Shown here: positions 10,042-21,311 of the stretch, in pieces
Position numbering within the stretch: position 1 is the stretch's first letter
Layout of the letters: every line of letters begins with the position of its first letter
Source: Actinomycetota bacterium
GTDB taxonomy: Bacteria; Actinomycetota; Actinomycetes; Mycobacteriales; Jatrophihabitantaceae
Direction: 5' to 3'
Length of the DNA stretch: 64,000 bases
Assembly: GCA_040003255.1 (NCBI GenBank)
Contig: JBDUCV010000003.1
Location: 255 to 64,254 of the forward strand
Notes under the pieces: generated by a model
Database searches by the model: none
What the model saw: only the letters and a program-made list of their open reading frames with translations
Told to the model about the DNA's origin: nothing
Made by a program: the position numbers and the translations under genes

Positions 10042-10724
10042 GAGCGTCTCGCCGTGGCCGCGCTCGCCGAGCCGGCTGCCACCTCGCGCACCAGCGGGAC
10101 CTGTTTATCAGCGGCCAGGACGTGCAGCACGTCGCCGTCCTGCACGACCATCGACGGGGTAGGCAGTTCACCGAGCCCGAACCTGGTGACTAGGGCCACT
10201 CGGCTGCCGGTCGCCTGCTCGAAGTCGGTCAGCTTATGGCTGATCCACGATTCGTCTGGGGCGACCTGGAGCAGGACTACGGCACCGGAGGGATCACGCC
10301 ATGCCTCAGCCGTCGCCTCGCCCAATACCGCCTTGAGCAGCCGACCGGCGGTCCAGGGGACGGTCGCAACGGTCGGGATGCCAAGGCGTTCGTAGACCTC
10401 GGCCCGTTTCGGGTCGTAGATGCGAGCGATGACGTTCCGCACGTTGAAAGTCTCGCGGGCCACGCGGGCGGCGATGATGTTGGAGTTGTCCCCGCTGCTC
10501 ACCGCGGCGAAGGCGGTCGCTCGATCGATGCCGGCCTCGCCGAGCGTGTCTCGGTCGAAGCCCATTCCAAGCACTTGCTGGCCGCGGAAGTTCTCGCCGA
10601 GGCGTCTGAACGCGGTCCGATCCTGATCGATCACGGCGACGCTGTGGTCGAGTCGATCGAGGTGGTGCGCGAGGGAGGATCCCACTCGACCGCATCCCAT
10701 CACGACGATGTGCACGTCCTGCAC
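10038..10724 (-). CDS. TrkA-family potassium uptake protein
   Basis: HIVVMGCGRVGSSLA is present. GGAAGGAG lies upstream of the GTG codons at 10724 and 10715. The stop overlaps the next trkA start. The track ORF start at 10898 is an extension. Confidence 0.85.
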   Translation of the reverse strand: MQDVHIVVMGCGRVGSSLAHHLDRLDHSVAVIDQDRTAFRRLGENFRGQQVLGMGFDRDTLGEAGIDRATAFAAVSSGDNSNIIAARVARETFNVRNVIARIYDPKRAEVYERLGIPTVATVPWTAGRLLKAVLGEATAEAWRDPSGAVVLLQVAPDESWISHKLTDFEQATGSRVALVTRFGLGELPTPSMVVQDGDVLHVLAADKQVPLVREVAAGSASAATARRS

Positions 10725-10826
10725 GTCTCCTTCCGCAGGTCGGAGTCCTGGCACGGCGGACGCTACACACCCATCCTGCGACATCGCGAGCGACGGGTGG
10801 ACGACCGGCGTCGTATTGTGCGGCGC

Positions 10827-12950
10827 GTGAGCGTTGTGACCCGTGTCGCGAAGCGGTTGATCATCGGCAGCCCGGTTCGCTCGGACCGAGCGGGCCACAC
10901 ACTCCTGTCGAAACGACTCGCATTGCCTATCTTCGCCAGCGACCCGCTGTCGAGCGTGGCCTACGCGACGCAGGAGATCCTGCTGGTGCTCACGCTCGGC
11001 GGCACTGCGTACCTGTACCTGGCCCCCTGGATCGCCGTGGCCGTCATCGTGCTGTTGATGGTGGTCGTCACGTCCTACCGCCAGTTGGTGCGCGCCTACC
11101 CGACCGGAGGCGGTGACTACGAGGTCGCCACCAAGAACATCGGCAGGTCTGCCGGGGTAGTAGTGGCCAGCGCGCTACTCGTCGACTATGTGATGACCGT
11201 CGCCGTTTCGGTGTCCTCGGGCGTCGACAACATCATCTCGGCGATCCCGTCCTGGCAGGGTCACCGGGTTGCCATGGCGTTGGTCTTCGTCGTGCTGCTC
11301 GCGGCGATCAATCTGCGAGGCTTGCGGGAGGCGGGTACCGCGTTCGCGTTGCCGACCTACCTGTTCGCCACCGGCGTGTTCATCATGATCGGGACCGGCG
11401 TGTTCCGGACGATCGTTGGAGACGCTCCGGTGGCCGAGAGTGCGGCATACGGCGTGAAGGCTGCGGCGGGGTACGGCAACCTCGGGTTGCTGGCCCTCTG
11501 TTTTCTCACCCTACGAGCCTTCTCGTCCGGCTGCACCGCGTTGACCGGCGTCGAGGCGATCGCCAACGGAGTCCCGGCGTTCAAGCCGCCCAAAGACAAG
11601 AACGCGCAAAAGACACTCGTCATCATGGGCGCGATGGCGATCTCGATGTTCGCCGGCGTGACTGCGCTCGCGCTCATCGCCAAGGTGCGAATTGTCGACA
11701 CCAAGGACACCTGCGACCTGATCGGCTTCACCGACTGTGCGACGCGTCCACAGCGAACCGTGATTGCCCAGGTCGCCTCGGCCGTATTCGGTGGGCCACA
11801 TTCGATCGGCTTCTTCTACCTGCAAGCGATGACCGCGCTAATTCTCGTGTTAGCGGCCAACACGGCCTTCAACGGATTCCCGCTGCTCGGCGCCATCCTC
11901 GCGCAGGACAAGAATCTGCCCCGCCAGCTGCACACCCGGGGGGACCGGCTCGCCTATAGCAACGGCATCGTCTTCTTGGCGCTTGTCGCCAGTCTGCTGA
12001 TTTTCCTCTACAAGGCGGACGTCACCCGACTCATCCAGCTCTACATCGTCGGAGTGTTCACGTCCTTCACCCTCGGCCAGACCGGCATGGTGCGGCATTG
12101 GAACCGGCTGCTGCGCACCGAACGCGACCCGTTAGAGCGACGCCGCGCCATGCGCTCACGGGCCATCAACGCCTTCGGCGCGAGCTTCACCGGACTGGTG
12201 CTGCTCATCGTCGTCGTCACCAAGTTCACCAAGGGCGCCTATTTGGTGATCATCGCCATGCCGATCCTGTACGCGATCATGCGGGGGATCAACCGGCATT
12301 ACACCCGGGTGGGCGACGAGCTGGAAACCGAGGGACGCGGGCTGATCTTGCCCGCCCGCAACCACGTTGTCGTGTTGGTGTCCAAGGTGCACAAGCCGAC
12401 GCTGCGGGCCTTGGCGTTCGCCCGGGCCACCCGTCCGGACACGCTGACCGCCCTGACGGTAAACGTAGACGACGTTGAAACAGAGAATCTGCTCGCGGAG
12501 TGGGAACGCCGCGACCTGCCGGTGAAGCTCACCGTGCTCGAATCGCCGTTCCGCGAAGTGACCATCCCGGTGGTCGAGTACATCCGCCAGCTGCGGCGCA
12601 ACCGGCCGGGGGATGTCGTGAACGTGTTCATCCCCGAGTACGTGGTGGGCCATTGGTGGGAGCACCTGTTGCACAACCAGTCGGCGCTGCGGCTCAAAGG
12701 TCGGCTGCTGTTCCAGCCGGGCGTGATGGTCACCAGTGTCCCTTGGCAGCTTCGGTCCTCTCAGGTTCGGGCCGGCGCCCTGGATGCCGCCGGAATGCCG
12801 CTTACCTCGCCCGCGGAGGAGATCACTGCTCGGGTTCGACCCGAGAACGTGTCGACCGCAGCTGACCCCGTTGACGCGGCTACCCCGTCGACCGGAGTCG
12901 ACCCCGTGACGCCGCCGACCGAACCGGCGGGCGCGGGACGAGGTGGCTGA
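10827..12950 (+). CDS. APC-superfamily permease with a C-terminal cytoplasmic domain
   Basis: About 12 TM segments begin at LPIFASDPLSSVAYATQEIL. I chose the GTG start at 10827; the 904-aa track ORF runs antisense through trkA and is an artefact upstream of this point. Confidence 0.75.
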   Translation: MSVVTRVAKRLIIGSPVRSDRAGHTLLSKRLALPIFASDPLSSVAYATQEILLVLTLGGTAYLYLAPWIAVAVIVLLMVVVTSYRQLVRAYPTGGGDYEVATKNIGRSAGVVVASALLVDYVMTVAVSVSSGVDNIISAIPSWQGHRVAMALVFVVLLAAINLRGLREAGTAFALPTYLFATGVFIMIGTGVFRTIVGDAPVAESAAYGVKAAAGYGNLGLLALCFLTLRAFSSGCTALTGVEAIANGVPAFKPPKDKNAQKTLVIMGAMAISMFAGVTALALIAKVRIVDTKDTCDLIGFTDCATRPQRTVIAQVASAVFGGPHSIGFFYLQAMTALILVLAANTAFNGFPLLGAILAQDKNLPRQLHTRGDRLAYSNGIVFLALVASLLIFLYKADVTRLIQLYIVGVFTSFTLGQTGMVRHWNRLLRTERDPLERRRAMRSRAINAFGASFTGLVLLIVVVTKFTKGAYLVIIAMPILYAIMRGINRHYTRVGDELETEGRGLILPARNHVVVLVSKVHKPTLRALAFARATRPDTLTALTVNVDDVETENLLAEWERRDLPVKLTVLESPFREVTIPVVEYIRQLRRNRPGDVVNVFIPEYVVGHWWEHLLHNQSALRLKGRLLFQPGVMVTSVPWQLRSSQVRAGALDAAGMPLTSPAEEITARVRPENVSTAADPVDAATPSTGVDPVTPPTEPAGAGRGG

Positions 12951-14205
12951 GCCGACCTCGGTGGGCGCCGAGCTCGAGCTCACCGTAGGTGCCGTCGCGC
13001 ACGGAGGCCACTGTGTCGCCCGGGAGGGCAACGCGCCGGGGGGTCGGGTGGTATTTGTCCGCCACGCATTGCCCGGCGAGCGGGTGCGGGCGGTCGTTAC
13101 CGAGGACGCCGGTGGCTCGTTCAGCCGGGCCGATGCCGTCGAGGTCCTGGTCGCCTCGCCCGACCGGGTGGCGGCTCGGTGTATACACGCCGGACCCAGC
13201 CGCTGCGGCGGATGCGATTGGCAGCACGTCTCGCCGTCGGGCCAACGGGCGCTAAAGGCGACGGTGGTCGCCGAGCAATTCGCCCGGCTGGCCGGGCTCG
13301 AGCTATCCATCACCGTCGATGAATTGCCTGGCGGCCTACTCGGCTGGCGCACCCGCACGCTGTACTCCGCCGACCAGGACGGCCGGTTGGGCCTGCGCCG
13401 GCATCGGTCGCACGTGGTCGAACGCATCGGGCACTGCCCACTGGGCGCCCCCGGGGTGGGCGACAGCACTGTGCTCACCGGGACCTGGCCGGATTGCACG
13501 GGCGTCGAGGTCGTCCGCGGCGACGACCGAGCCGCCGCCGTGTTGGCGCACACCGCTGGGCGCTCCCCGCTGCGCCCTCGGGCACGCCGGTCGCCTGATC
13601 GGGTCGCGGTCGTCGACGGGCCGCCGCGGCTGCACCACCGGGTCGGCGGGCGCAAGTTCGAGGTGGATGCCGCCGAGTTCTGGCAGGTACATCCGGCGGC
13701 GGCAGCAACCTTCGCCGCGGCGTTGCTCAACGGGCTGCGCCCGCGCCCGGCGGAGCGGGTCATGGACCTGTACGCCGGCGCCGGACTGTTTACCGCACTG
13801 CTCGGCATGGAGGTCGGGGCCGCCGGGCAAGTGCTCGGCGTGGAATCGTCGGCGCAGGCAGTCAGCGACGCTCGGGGCAATCTGGCCGACCTGCCCTGGA
13901 CGAGCGTGCGCCGCGCAATGATCAGCGCCGAGTTGATCCCCACGCTCCGGATCGTGCCCGACCTGATCGTGCTCGACCCGCCGCGGTCCGGGGCCGGGCG
14001 CGCTCTGATGGCTGCGCTGGTCGCGACCTCCGCCCGGGCGATCGGCTACGTGGCATGTGACCCGGCCTCCCTCGCCCGTGACGTCCGCGTGGCGCTGGAT
14101 GCGGGGTGGCGGTTGGCGTCGCTGCGCGCATTCGATGCCTTCCCGATGACCCACCACGTCGAATGCGTCGCCGTCCTCGTGCCGGCCGATACCCCGGCGA
14201 CGTAG
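12943..14205 (+). CDS. TRAM-domain class I SAM-dependent RNA (uracil-5) methyltransferase, RumA/TrmA family
   Basis: An N-terminal TRAM-like region (GGHCVAREG...[12 protein letters not shown]), a Cys cluster, the SAM motif DLYAGAGLF, and the C-terminal DPPRSGAG...[12 protein letters not shown] are all present. Confidence 0.8.
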   Translation: MAEPTSVGAELELTVGAVAHGGHCVAREGNAPGGRVVFVRHALPGERVRAVVTEDAGGSFSRADAVEVLVASPDRVAARCIHAGPSRCGGCDWQHVSPSGQRALKATVVAEQFARLAGLELSITVDELPGGLLGWRTRTLYSADQDGRLGLRRHRSHVVERIGHCPLGAPGVGDSTVLTGTWPDCTGVEVVRGDDRAAAVLAHTAGRSPLRPRARRSPDRVAVVDGPPRLHHRVGGRKFEVDAAEFWQVHPAAAATFAAALLNGLRPRPAERVMDLYAGAGLFTALLGMEVGAAGQVLGVESSAQAVSDARGNLADLPWTSVRRAMISAELIPTLRIVPDLIVLDPPRSGAGRALMAALVATSARAIGYVACDPASLARDVRVALDAGWRLASLRAFDAFPMTHHVECVAVLVPADTPAT

Positions 14206-14216
14206 GCTGGCGTGCT

Positions 14217-16187
14217 GTGAGTCGGGTGCTGGAGAAGGTGAGCTCGCCGGCGGAGCTGGCTGACCTGTCGCACGAGGAACTGGTGCTGCTGGCCGCCGAG
14301 ATCCGCGACCTGCTGGTCCAGACCGTGTCGAAGACCGGCGGTCACCTCGGCCCTAATCTCGGGGCGGTCGAGCTCACGATCGCCCTGCACCGGGTCTTCG
14401 ACTCGCCGACCGAGCCGATCCTGTTCGATGTCGGCCACCAGGCCTACGTCCACAAGATCCTCACCGGGCGCGCCGGCGTGCTCGCGACGCTGCGGCAGTC
14501 CGGCGGCATCTCCGGCTATCCCAGTCGCGCTGAAAGCGAGCACGACTGGATCGAGAATTCGCATGCGTCCACTGCGTTGTCCTACGCCGACGGGCTGGCG
14601 AAGGCGTTCGAGGTCCGCGGCGAGCGGCGTCCAGTCGTCGCCGTCGTAGGCGACGGAGCGTTGACCGGGGGCATGTGCTGGGAGGCGTTGAACAACATTG
14701 CGGCCGCCGACCGGCCAGTGATCGTGGTGGTCAATGACAACGGACGCTCCTACGCACCGACCACGGGCGGACTGGCCGACCACCTTGCGGGCCTGCGGCT
14801 GCGGCCGGGTTACGAACGCATGCTCGTCAGCGTGAAGGGCGCGCTGACTCGCACGCCGGTTATCGGCGCGCCACTCTTCGAAGCCCTGCACGGCGTCAAG
14901 CGCGGGGTCAAGGATCTGCTCGCGCCGCAGGGAATGTTCGAGGACCTCGGGCTGAAGTACCTCGGTCCCGTCGACGGCCATGATCGACTGGCGCTCGAAC
15001 ATGCGCTGCGCCTGGCTCGCCGCTTCGACGGGCCGGTCATCGTGCACGCCGTCACTCGCAAAGGTTACGGCTACCCGCCGGCCGAGAACGACGAGACCGA
15101 TCAGATGCATCAATCGCGCGGATTCGACCCGGCGACGGGCGCGCCCATTACCACGTCGCACCGTGGCTGGACGGGCGTGTTCTCCGACGAGTTGATGAGC
15201 ATCGCGGCACGCCGCGACGATGTCGTTGCCATCACTGCCGCGATGTGTGAGCCGACCGGTCTCGGGCCATTCGCGCGCCGTTTCCCAAAACGTTTTTACG
15301 ACGTCGGCATCGCGGAGCAGCACGCACTGACGTCGGCGGCCGGCTTGGCGTCCGGCGGCCTGCACCCGGTTGTGGCGCTCTACGCCACCTTCCTCAACCG
15401 CGCCTTCGACCAGCTGCTCATGGACGTGGCGCTGCATCGGTTGCCGGTCACCGTCGTCCTCGACCGTGCAGGCATCACGGGAGAGGACGGAGCAAGCCAC
15501 AACGGCGTATGGGACCTCGCGTTGCTCGGCATCGTGCCGGGTCTACGCCTGGCCGCACCACGAGACGAGCCGACATTGCGAGCGGCGCTCGAAGAGGCCA
15601 TCGCCGACGACGGCGGACCGACCGTGGTCCGGTTCCCCAAGACCCTGCTCGGCCCCGACCTTCCTTCGCTGCGCCAGGTCGGCGGCCTGGATGTGCTCGT
15701 CGAGCCCCCGGCAAGCGAGTTCGTCGACATCCTGCTGATCGCCGTCGGCGCCACCGCGCCGGACGTGCTGATCGCCGCGGCTGCGGCACGCCAGGCTGGC
15801 TACTCGACCCGGGTGGTCGACCCGCGCTGGGTCATTCCGGCGCCGAGTGCCTTGATCGACCTCGCACGCGGCGCGGCACTGGTGGTCACTGTCGAGGACG
15901 GCGTCGTCGTGGGCGGCGTGGGATCGCGGATCGGCCAGCTGCTGCGCGAGGCGGGAGTGGACGTGCCGGTACGTGAGATCGGCGTCCCCCTGGAATTCCT
16001 CGACCACGGTTCGGTGGGCGACGTCCGGAGCCGGGCCGGGCTCACCGGCCACGACATCGGGAGACGAATCGTGGAATGGTCTGCGCTGGTCGCCACGGCC
16101 GCAGAGCAGGACCTGAGCCGGAACACCGGCGCACACCACGGCAAGAACGGGGGATTGACTGATGAGAATTCTCGTGGTCGAAGATGA
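14217..16187 (+). CDS. dxs: 1-deoxy-D-xylulose-5-phosphate synthase
   Basis: [18 protein letters not shown], the ThDP motif GDGALTGGM...NDN, and DVGIAEQHA are present. GTG 14217 is chosen to match the usual N-terminus (LEKV..P.EL). Confidence 0.95.
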   Translation: MSRVLEKVSSPAELADLSHEELVLLAAEIRDLLVQTVSKTGGHLGPNLGAVELTIALHRVFDSPTEPILFDVGHQAYVHKILTGRAGVLATLRQSGGISGYPSRAESEHDWIENSHASTALSYADGLAKAFEVRGERRPVVAVVGDGALTGGMCWEALNNIAAADRPVIVVVNDNGRSYAPTTGGLADHLAGLRLRPGYERMLVSVKGALTRTPVIGAPLFEALHGVKRGVKDLLAPQGMFEDLGLKYLGPVDGHDRLALEHALRLARRFDGPVIVHAVTRKGYGYPPAENDETDQMHQSRGFDPATGAPITTSHRGWTGVFSDELMSIAARRDDVVAITAAMCEPTGLGPFARRFPKRFYDVGIAEQHALTSAAGLASGGLHPVVALYATFLNRAFDQLLMDVALHRLPVTVVLDRAGITGEDGASHNGVWDLALLGIVPGLRLAAPRDEPTLRAALEEAIADDGGPTVVRFPKTLLGPDLPSLRQVGGLDVLVEPPASEFVDILLIAVGATAPDVLIAAAAARQAGYSTRVVDPRWVIPAPSALIDLARGAALVVTVEDGVVVGGVGSRIGQLLREAGVDVPVREIGVPLEFLDHGSVGDVRSRAGLTGHDIGRRIVEWSALVATAAEQDLSRNTGAHHGKNGGLTDENSRGRR

Positions 16188-16872
16188 GGTTCAGCTGGCC
16201 GAGGCAGTGGCTCGCGGACTGCGACGAGAAGGCATGGCCGTCGACGTTGCCTACGACGGGGACGACGGTTACCGCAAGGCGGCGCTGACCCGCTACGACG
16301 TCATCGTCCTGGACCGTGACCTACCAGGAATGTCGGGTGATGACATCTGCCGACGGCTCGGCGACGAGGGCGTGCTGACCAGGGTGATCATGCTGACTGC
16401 GAGTGGCACCGTCGAGGACAAGGTCACCGGGCTCGCTCTCGGCGCCGACGACTACCTGGGCAAGCCGTTCGCCTTTGCCGAGCTGGTCGCCCGGGTGCGG
16501 GCGCTCGGCCGCCGGACCACGCCAGCCGCTCCGCCGGTCCTGACCGCAGGTGACATCGAGCTGGACTCGGCGCGGCGCACGGTGTCGCGCGGCGGCGAGT
16601 TGATCGAGCTGACCCGCAAGGAGTTCGGCGTCCTCGAGACGCTGCTCGTCGCCCAAGGTGCCGTCGTGAGCAGCGAGGAGCTGCTGGACCGGGTGTGGGA
16701 CGAGAATGCCGACCCGTTCACCACAACCGTCCGGGTGACGATGATGACGCTTCGGCGCAAGCTCGGCGAACCGCCGATCATCGACACCGTGGTCGGGTCG
16801 GGCTACCGCATCGACCACAACGCGCGGGCTAGCACAGAGCCCGTCGAGCAGGAGGTCGGATCGGTCCCGTGA
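16162..16872 (+). CDS. OmpR-family response regulator
   Basis: The receiver domain (MRILVVEDE...[14 protein letters not shown]...MLTA) is followed by a winged-helix effector domain ([12 protein letters not shown]...GSGYRI). Confidence 0.9.
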   Translation: MRILVVEDEVQLAEAVARGLRREGMAVDVAYDGDDGYRKAALTRYDVIVLDRDLPGMSGDDICRRLGDEGVLTRVIMLTASGTVEDKVTGLALGADDYLGKPFAFAELVARVRALGRRTTPAAPPVLTAGDIELDSARRTVSRGGELIELTRKEFGVLETLLVAQGAVVSSEELLDRVWDENADPFTTTVRVTMMTLRRKLGEPPIIDTVVGSGYRIDHNARASTEPVEQEVGSVP

Positions 16873-18068
16873 GGCTGTTCCGCCCGACGCTTCGGATCCG
16901 CCTGGCGTTGCTCTACGGCGGGCTGGTTCTGCTTGTCGGCCTGTCGCTCCTGGTTGCCGCCGTCGTCCTGCTCAACCGTTCAGTGGCCGACATCGGAGTG
17001 TTCCGGGACAGCCGAGGCACAGTCACGATTCGGGATTCGACCCGAGAGATCTACTCTGGCTCCCCGGAAGACCTGATCAAGCAGGCGCACGACCAGGCAT
17101 CGTCTTACCTGCTCCACACCGGTCTGATCTACTTCGCGATCATCGTTGCGATCGGCAGCCTGGGTGGTTACCTGCTCGCCAAGCAGGCGCTGCGCCCGAT
17201 CGCGCGGGTCACCCACACTGCGCAACAGCTCTCGACCGAGACGCTCAGTCAACGTATCGACCTCGGCGGCCCGGATGACGAGTTGCGCGAGCTCGCCGAC
17301 ACGTTCGATGAGATGCTCGGCCGCCTGGACGCGGCGTTCGACAGCCAGCGGTTGTTTGTCGCGAACGCGAGTCACGAGCTGTGGACCCCACTTTCGGTGA
17401 TCCGGACCGAGCTCGACGTCACCCTCTCCGACCCGGACGCCTCGGTCGAAGAGCTGCGCCGAATGGGGCAGGTCGTCGCGCAGGCAACCGAGCGGGCGCA
17501 GCGGCTGGTCGGCTCGTTGCTCACGCTGGCGCGACTGCAGGCGGGTGTCGCCGGCGAGCTGGAGACCCGTGAGCAGATTGACCTGCGTGGTCTCGTCCCA
17601 GCGGTGCTCGCCGCGGTTGAGGCCGAGGCTCAGGACCGTCAGATCGCGATCGAGCACGATCTGGCCGAGGCGTGCACTTTGGGTGATCCACGGCTGCTTG
17701 AGCGGCTGATCGGCAACCTGGTCGAGAACGCCGTGCGGCACAACGTCGCCGGCGGGTGGCTGCGGATCACCTCCGGCGAAACGGCCGAACTGGCCTGGCT
17801 GCACGTTGCCAACGGCGGCGCGGTGATTGCTCAGAGCGAGGTCGTGTCGCTGTTCGACCCGTTCCGGCGCGGCGGCGGCAAGGTTCGGACGGCCAACCGC
17901 GGATCGGGCCTCGGCCTGTCGATCGTCCGGTTGATCGTCGAGGCGCATCACGGGCGACTGCAGGCCGCGGCGCCCCCGTTCGGCGGACTCGCGATCCGCA
18001 TCGAGCTGCCAGGACGTTCAGCCGTCCCGGCAACGCCGGCGCAGATCCGCCAGTCCGTGTCGTCCTGA
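16869..18068 (+). CDS. Sensor histidine kinase (2 TM, HAMP, HisKA, HATPase_c)
   Basis: The H-box is FVANASHELWTPLS, the N-box is NLVENAVRHN, and the G-box is GSGLGLSIV. The gene overlaps the regulator stop by 4 nt. Confidence 0.9.
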   Translation: MRLFRPTLRIRLALLYGGLVLLVGLSLLVAAVVLLNRSVADIGVFRDSRGTVTIRDSTREIYSGSPEDLIKQAHDQASSYLLHTGLIYFAIIVAIGSLGGYLLAKQALRPIARVTHTAQQLSTETLSQRIDLGGPDDELRELADTFDEMLGRLDAAFDSQRLFVANASHELWTPLSVIRTELDVTLSDPDASVEELRRMGQVVAQATERAQRLVGSLLTLARLQAGVAGELETREQIDLRGLVPAVLAAVEAEAQDRQIAIEHDLAEACTLGDPRLLERLIGNLVENAVRHNVAGGWLRITSGETAELAWLHVANGGAVIAQSEVVSLFDPFRRGGGKVRTANRGSGLGLSIVRLIVEAHHGRLQAAAPPFGGLAIRIELPGRSAVPATPAQIRQSVSS

Positions 18069-18101
18069 CCACTCGCGCAGGCCGACCTAGCCAAAGCGGT
18101 G

Positions 18102-19322
18102 CTATGCGGGCGTCAGCGCCGCGGCAAGCGGAGCGGCGGCCAAGGTGATTTGCCAGGGCCGCGCTCCGTAGGCGGCGAGAGTGGCCCGGATCTGCTCCTC
18201 AGTGGCCGGCGTCGGTGGCTCCCAGGCGATGCGCCGGACGACGTCGGACGCGAGCAGGTTCTGCGTCAGCACCTGGTGCTGCTCGGCCAGCCCAGCGACG
18301 ACCGCGCGGGCGCGAACCAAGCGATCGGCGGCCTCCGGGCGCCGATCACGCCAACGCGCTGGCGGTGGCACCGCATCCGGCGGCCCAGCCGAGGCAGGCA
18401 GCTCGTCCTCGCCGAGCTCGCGGGCCGCAGTCAGCGCCGTGATCCAACGGCCGAGGTTGCGGCGTTGGCGCGGGCCACCGAATACGGGTAACCGGGCCAG
18501 ATCAGCCGCGCCGGGTGGGTCCGCACGCGCCGCCGCGATGATCGAGGCGTCCGGGAGCACCCGTCCGGGGGCAATGTCGCGCTCGGCGGCGTAGGCGTCG
18601 CGTACCTGCCAGAGGGCCCGGACGGCCGCGAGTTGACGCCGGCTGCGGACGGTGTGGATGCCCGAGGTACGCCGCCACGGATCATCACGTGGCGCGCGGC
18701 GCGCGGCGGTCCGCACGGCCTCAAACTCCTGCTTGGCCCACTCGGACTTGCCCGCGGCCTCGAGTTGTTCGGCGAGCACGTCGCGCAACGGCGCGAGCAG
18801 CTCGACGTCGAGCGCTGCATAGGCCAACCACTCGCGAGGCAACGGGCGCACGCTCCAGTCGGCTGCGGAATGGCCTTTCTCCAGCCGGATCCCGAGGTAC
18901 TGCTCGACCATCGTCCCTAGCGAGACTCGGTCCGCCCCGAGCAGCCGCCCGGCGAGTTCGGTGTCGAACAACCGGGCCGGATGCAGCCCGAGGTCAGCGA
19001 GCCCCGGCAGATCCTGGTTGGCGGCGTGCAGGATCCACTCCGGGCCGTCCAGTGCTGCCCCGAGGTTGCTCAGGTCCGGCAAGTCGACCGGGTCTACCAG
19101 CACCGTGCCCGCGCCCGCTCGGCGCAGCTGCACCAGGTAGGCACGTTGGCTGTAGCGGTAGCCCGAGGCCCGTTCGGCGTCGACCGCGACCGGGCCGCTG
19201 CCGGCGGCCAGCTCGCGTGCCGCCTGCGAGAGTGCAGCTGTGGTTGTCACCGGATCGGGTACCCCGTCCACCGGCTCATGCATCAGGACGACGTCGGCCT
19301 CGAGCGGCTCGTCGTCGCTCAT
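18102..19322 (-). CDS. rnd: Ribonuclease D / 3'-5' exonuclease with HRDC domain
   Basis: The DEDD exonuclease motifs (AVDAERASGYRY, LHAANQDL, YAALDVELL) and a C-terminal HRDC-like region are present. The start at 19322 forms an ATGA overlap with the upstream gene. Confidence 0.8.
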   Translation of the reverse strand: MSDDEPLEADVVLMHEPVDGVPDPVTTTAALSQAARELAAGSGPVAVDAERASGYRYSQRAYLVQLRRAGAGTVLVDPVDLPDLSNLGAALDGPEWILHAANQDLPGLADLGLHPARLFDTELAGRLLGADRVSLGTMVEQYLGIRLEKGHSAADWSVRPLPREWLAYAALDVELLAPLRDVLAEQLEAAGKSEWAKQEFEAVRTAARRAPRDDPWRRTSGIHTVRSRRQLAAVRALWQVRDAYAAERDIAPGRVLPDASIIAAARADPPGAADLARLPVFGGPRQRRNLGRWITALTAARELGEDELPASAGPPDAVPPPARWRDRRPEAADRLVRARAVVAGLAEQHQVLTQNLLASDVVRRIAWEPPTPATEEQIRATLAAYGARPWQITLAAAPLAAALTPA

Positions 19323-19951
19323 GACGTGCTCTTGAGAACCGTCACTCCCTCGGGCGGCAGTCCGGCGGCGGTACAAAGCAAGTCGACAAAGGCAAGCAGA
19401 TGAGGGCCGATGTCGTCAGTGCTCGGCGTCCACGATCCCCGCAGCTCGAGCGCGACCGTGGTGTGCGGCCCGTGCAGGTCACCGAAGCGGGTGGACGTGG
19501 TCTGGGTGACCGTGCCGCCCGCCGCGACGTGCGCCGCAGAGCGGTCGTGCAGGGCGCTGGTAAGCCAACTCCACCCGACCTCGGAGAGCAGCGGGTCGCC
19601 CACCATGTCGGCATCGAGTTCGGCGCTGGCGAAGGCGACGAGACGCAGCGTGCCATCCCAGGCCTCGACCCCGTCCGGGTCGTAGAGCAGGACGAGGCGT
19701 CCGGTCGCGAGTTCGTCGCCCTCGGCGTCAGTGACGTCGGCCGCTACCGCATACGTCCACGGGGCGAGTCGCTGTGGCGGCCGGATTGGTTCGACCCGGA
19801 CCTCGTGCCGAACCCGGGTGCGCTGAATGGACTCGACCGCGCGGCGAAACGGCTCGGGGGCGGACTCGGGCGTCTCATCCAACGGCGGCTCGCCGGGTGC
19901 GGTCTCGGCAAGGGGGGCCCGCTGCGGGCGAACAGGAATGATCGGTGTCAT
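19319..19951 (-). CDS. DUF3000 domain protein
   Basis: FRRAVESIQ...[15 protein letters not shown]...GRLVLLYDP matches the conserved partner found upstream of rnd and next to hemE in actinobacteria. I chose the ATG at 19951. Confidence 0.7.
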   Translation of the reverse strand: MTPIIPVRPQRAPLAETAPGEPPLDETPESAPEPFRRAVESIQRTRVRHEVRVEPIRPPQRLAPWTYAVAADVTDAEGDELATGRLVLLYDPDGVEAWDGTLRLVAFASAELDADMVGDPLLSEVGWSWLTSALHDRSAAHVAAGGTVTQTTSTRFGDLHGPHTTVALELRGSWTPSTDDIGPHLLAFVDLLCTAAGLPPEGVTVLKSTS

Positions 19952-19970
19952 CGGCGCGACCTGCGGGTGG

Positions 19971-20171
19971 TCACGCGGCCCGCGCTGACCGCCGTGAGCG
20001 CACCAGCCGGCGCTCGCGGGGCAGGATCGGGTCGAGGAACAGGGCGGCACCACAACCGGCGCAAGCACGGTCCGGGCAGTCGTCGTGGCCGTCGGCGCAG
20101 GACGGCACCTCGATCGGCTGCGGGCCCGCGCAGAACCAACACTCGAGAACTAGCTCGTCGCGCGCGTACAT
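19971..20171 (-). CDS. Candidate small Cys-rich (zinc-ribbon-like) protein, 66 aa
   Basis: An ATG is preceded by GGAGGG with a 7-nt spacer. About 85% of third codon positions are G/C. The Cys pattern is CxxC-x12-C-x6-C-x5-CxxC. It is co-directional with and 19 nt upstream of the DUF3000 gene. I do not recognise the family. Confidence 0.4.
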   Translation of the reverse strand: MYARDELVLECWFCAGPQPIEVPSCADGHDDCPDRACAGCGAALFLDPILPRERRLVRSRRSARAA

Positions 20172-20275
20172 CGTCACGCCCTCCGTGGCCATTGATCCGT
20201 CGAACGGTCGAACGGACATTCGCACGACCGGGGGACAGAATCGGGCAGGCGCGCCGCATGCAACGATGGTGCGCG

Positions 20276-21307
20276 ATGACCCACACCCGCGAATCCCTAC
20301 TCGTCCGTGCCGCCGGCGGCAGCCCGGCTGGCCGGCCACCCGTCTGGTTCATGCGCCAGGCCGGGCGCTCACTGCCCGAGTACCGAGCGTTGCGGCGCGG
20401 CAACTCGATGCTCGATGCGTGCCGGTCGCCGGAACTGATCACCGAGATCACGCTGCAGCCGGTGCGCCGGCACCGGGTGGACGCCGCGATCCTGTTCTCC
20501 GACATCGTCGTCCCCTTGGACGCCGTCGGGGTGGGCGTAGAGATCGTCGCCGGCGTCGGGCCGGTGATCGACAAGCCGTTCCGGAAGGTGAGTGATCTGG
20601 ATCGATTGCGTCCGCTGGTCGTCGACGATGTGCCCTATATCGCCGAGGCGGTAGGCACCCTCGTGCGCGAATTGGGCCCGATTCCGCTGATCGGGTTCGC
20701 CGGTGCCCCGTTCACGCTGGCCAGCTACCTGATCGAGGGCGGCCCCTCGCGTGATCACGCACGGACGAAGGCGCTCATGCATGGGGATTCTGACTTGTGG
20801 CACGCCCTGCTCGGTCGGCTAGCCGAAATCGCCGCCAGCTATTTGCGGGTCCAGATCGATGCGGGTGCCTCGGTGGTGCAGCTGTTCGACTCCTGGGCCG
20901 GGGTGCTGTCGGCCGCGGACTACGAGCGGTTCGTACTGCCGCACAGTCGGGTCGTCCTGATGTCGCTGGCCGACGCCAGCGTGCCGCGTATCCACTTCGG
21001 GGTCGGCACCAGTGAACTACTCGCGTTGATGCGCTCGGCGGGCGCGGACGTGGTGGGGGTCGACTGGCGGCTGCCGCTGGACGAGGCGGCGCGGCGGATC
21101 GGCCCCGGCGCGGTCGTCCAAGGCAACCTCGACCCGGCCCTGTTGCTCGCCGAGTGGCCGGTCGTCGAGGACGCGGTCCGGCGGATCGTCGACGAGGGAC
21201 GCGCGGCGGCTGGCCACGTGTTCAACCTGGGTCACGGCGTGCTGCCCGACACCGACCCCGACGTGCTGACCCGGGTGGTCGACTTGGTGCGATCGTTGGG
21301 CGAATAG
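20276..21307 (+). CDS. hemE: Uroporphyrinogen decarboxylase
   Basis: [17 protein letters not shown] is the N-terminal signature. The length is about 343 aa from ATG 20276; the track ORF from 19400 is an upstream extension. Confidence 0.95.
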   Translation: MTHTRESLLVRAAGGSPAGRPPVWFMRQAGRSLPEYRALRRGNSMLDACRSPELITEITLQPVRRHRVDAAILFSDIVVPLDAVGVGVEIVAGVGPVIDKPFRKVSDLDRLRPLVVDDVPYIAEAVGTLVRELGPIPLIGFAGAPFTLASYLIEGGPSRDHARTKALMHGDSDLWHALLGRLAEIAASYLRVQIDAGASVVQLFDSWAGVLSAADYERFVLPHSRVVLMSLADASVPRIHFGVGTSELLALMRSAGADVVGVDWRLPLDEAARRIGPGAVVQGNLDPALLLAEWPVVEDAVRRIVDEGRAAAGHVFNLGHGVLPDTDPDVLTRVVDLVRSLGE

Positions 21308-21311
21308 CGCG

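Noticed and set aside
10236-10826. N-terminal 197 aa of the 904-aa ORF. Similar upstream extensions occur at 27320-27808, 19400-20275, 14106-14216, 45796-45945 and 55741-56031.
   Set aside because: These extensions overlap convincingly coding genes on the other strand, or lack family similarity. Conserved N-termini, SD sequences or ATGA couplings support the shorter starts used in the feature table.
12156-13943. 595-aa minus-strand ORF. Similar long ORFs occur at 24536-25906 (-), 44029-45471 (+), 2078-3016 (+), 30763-31731 (-) and 53526-54434 (-).
   Set aside because: These are antisense or out-of-frame shadows of well-supported genes (methyltransferase, Prim-Pol/EamA, glgX, sigA, ligC, permease). 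They are Arg/Pro/Ala/Gly-rich low-complexity translations, typical of stop-codon-poor high-GC DNA.
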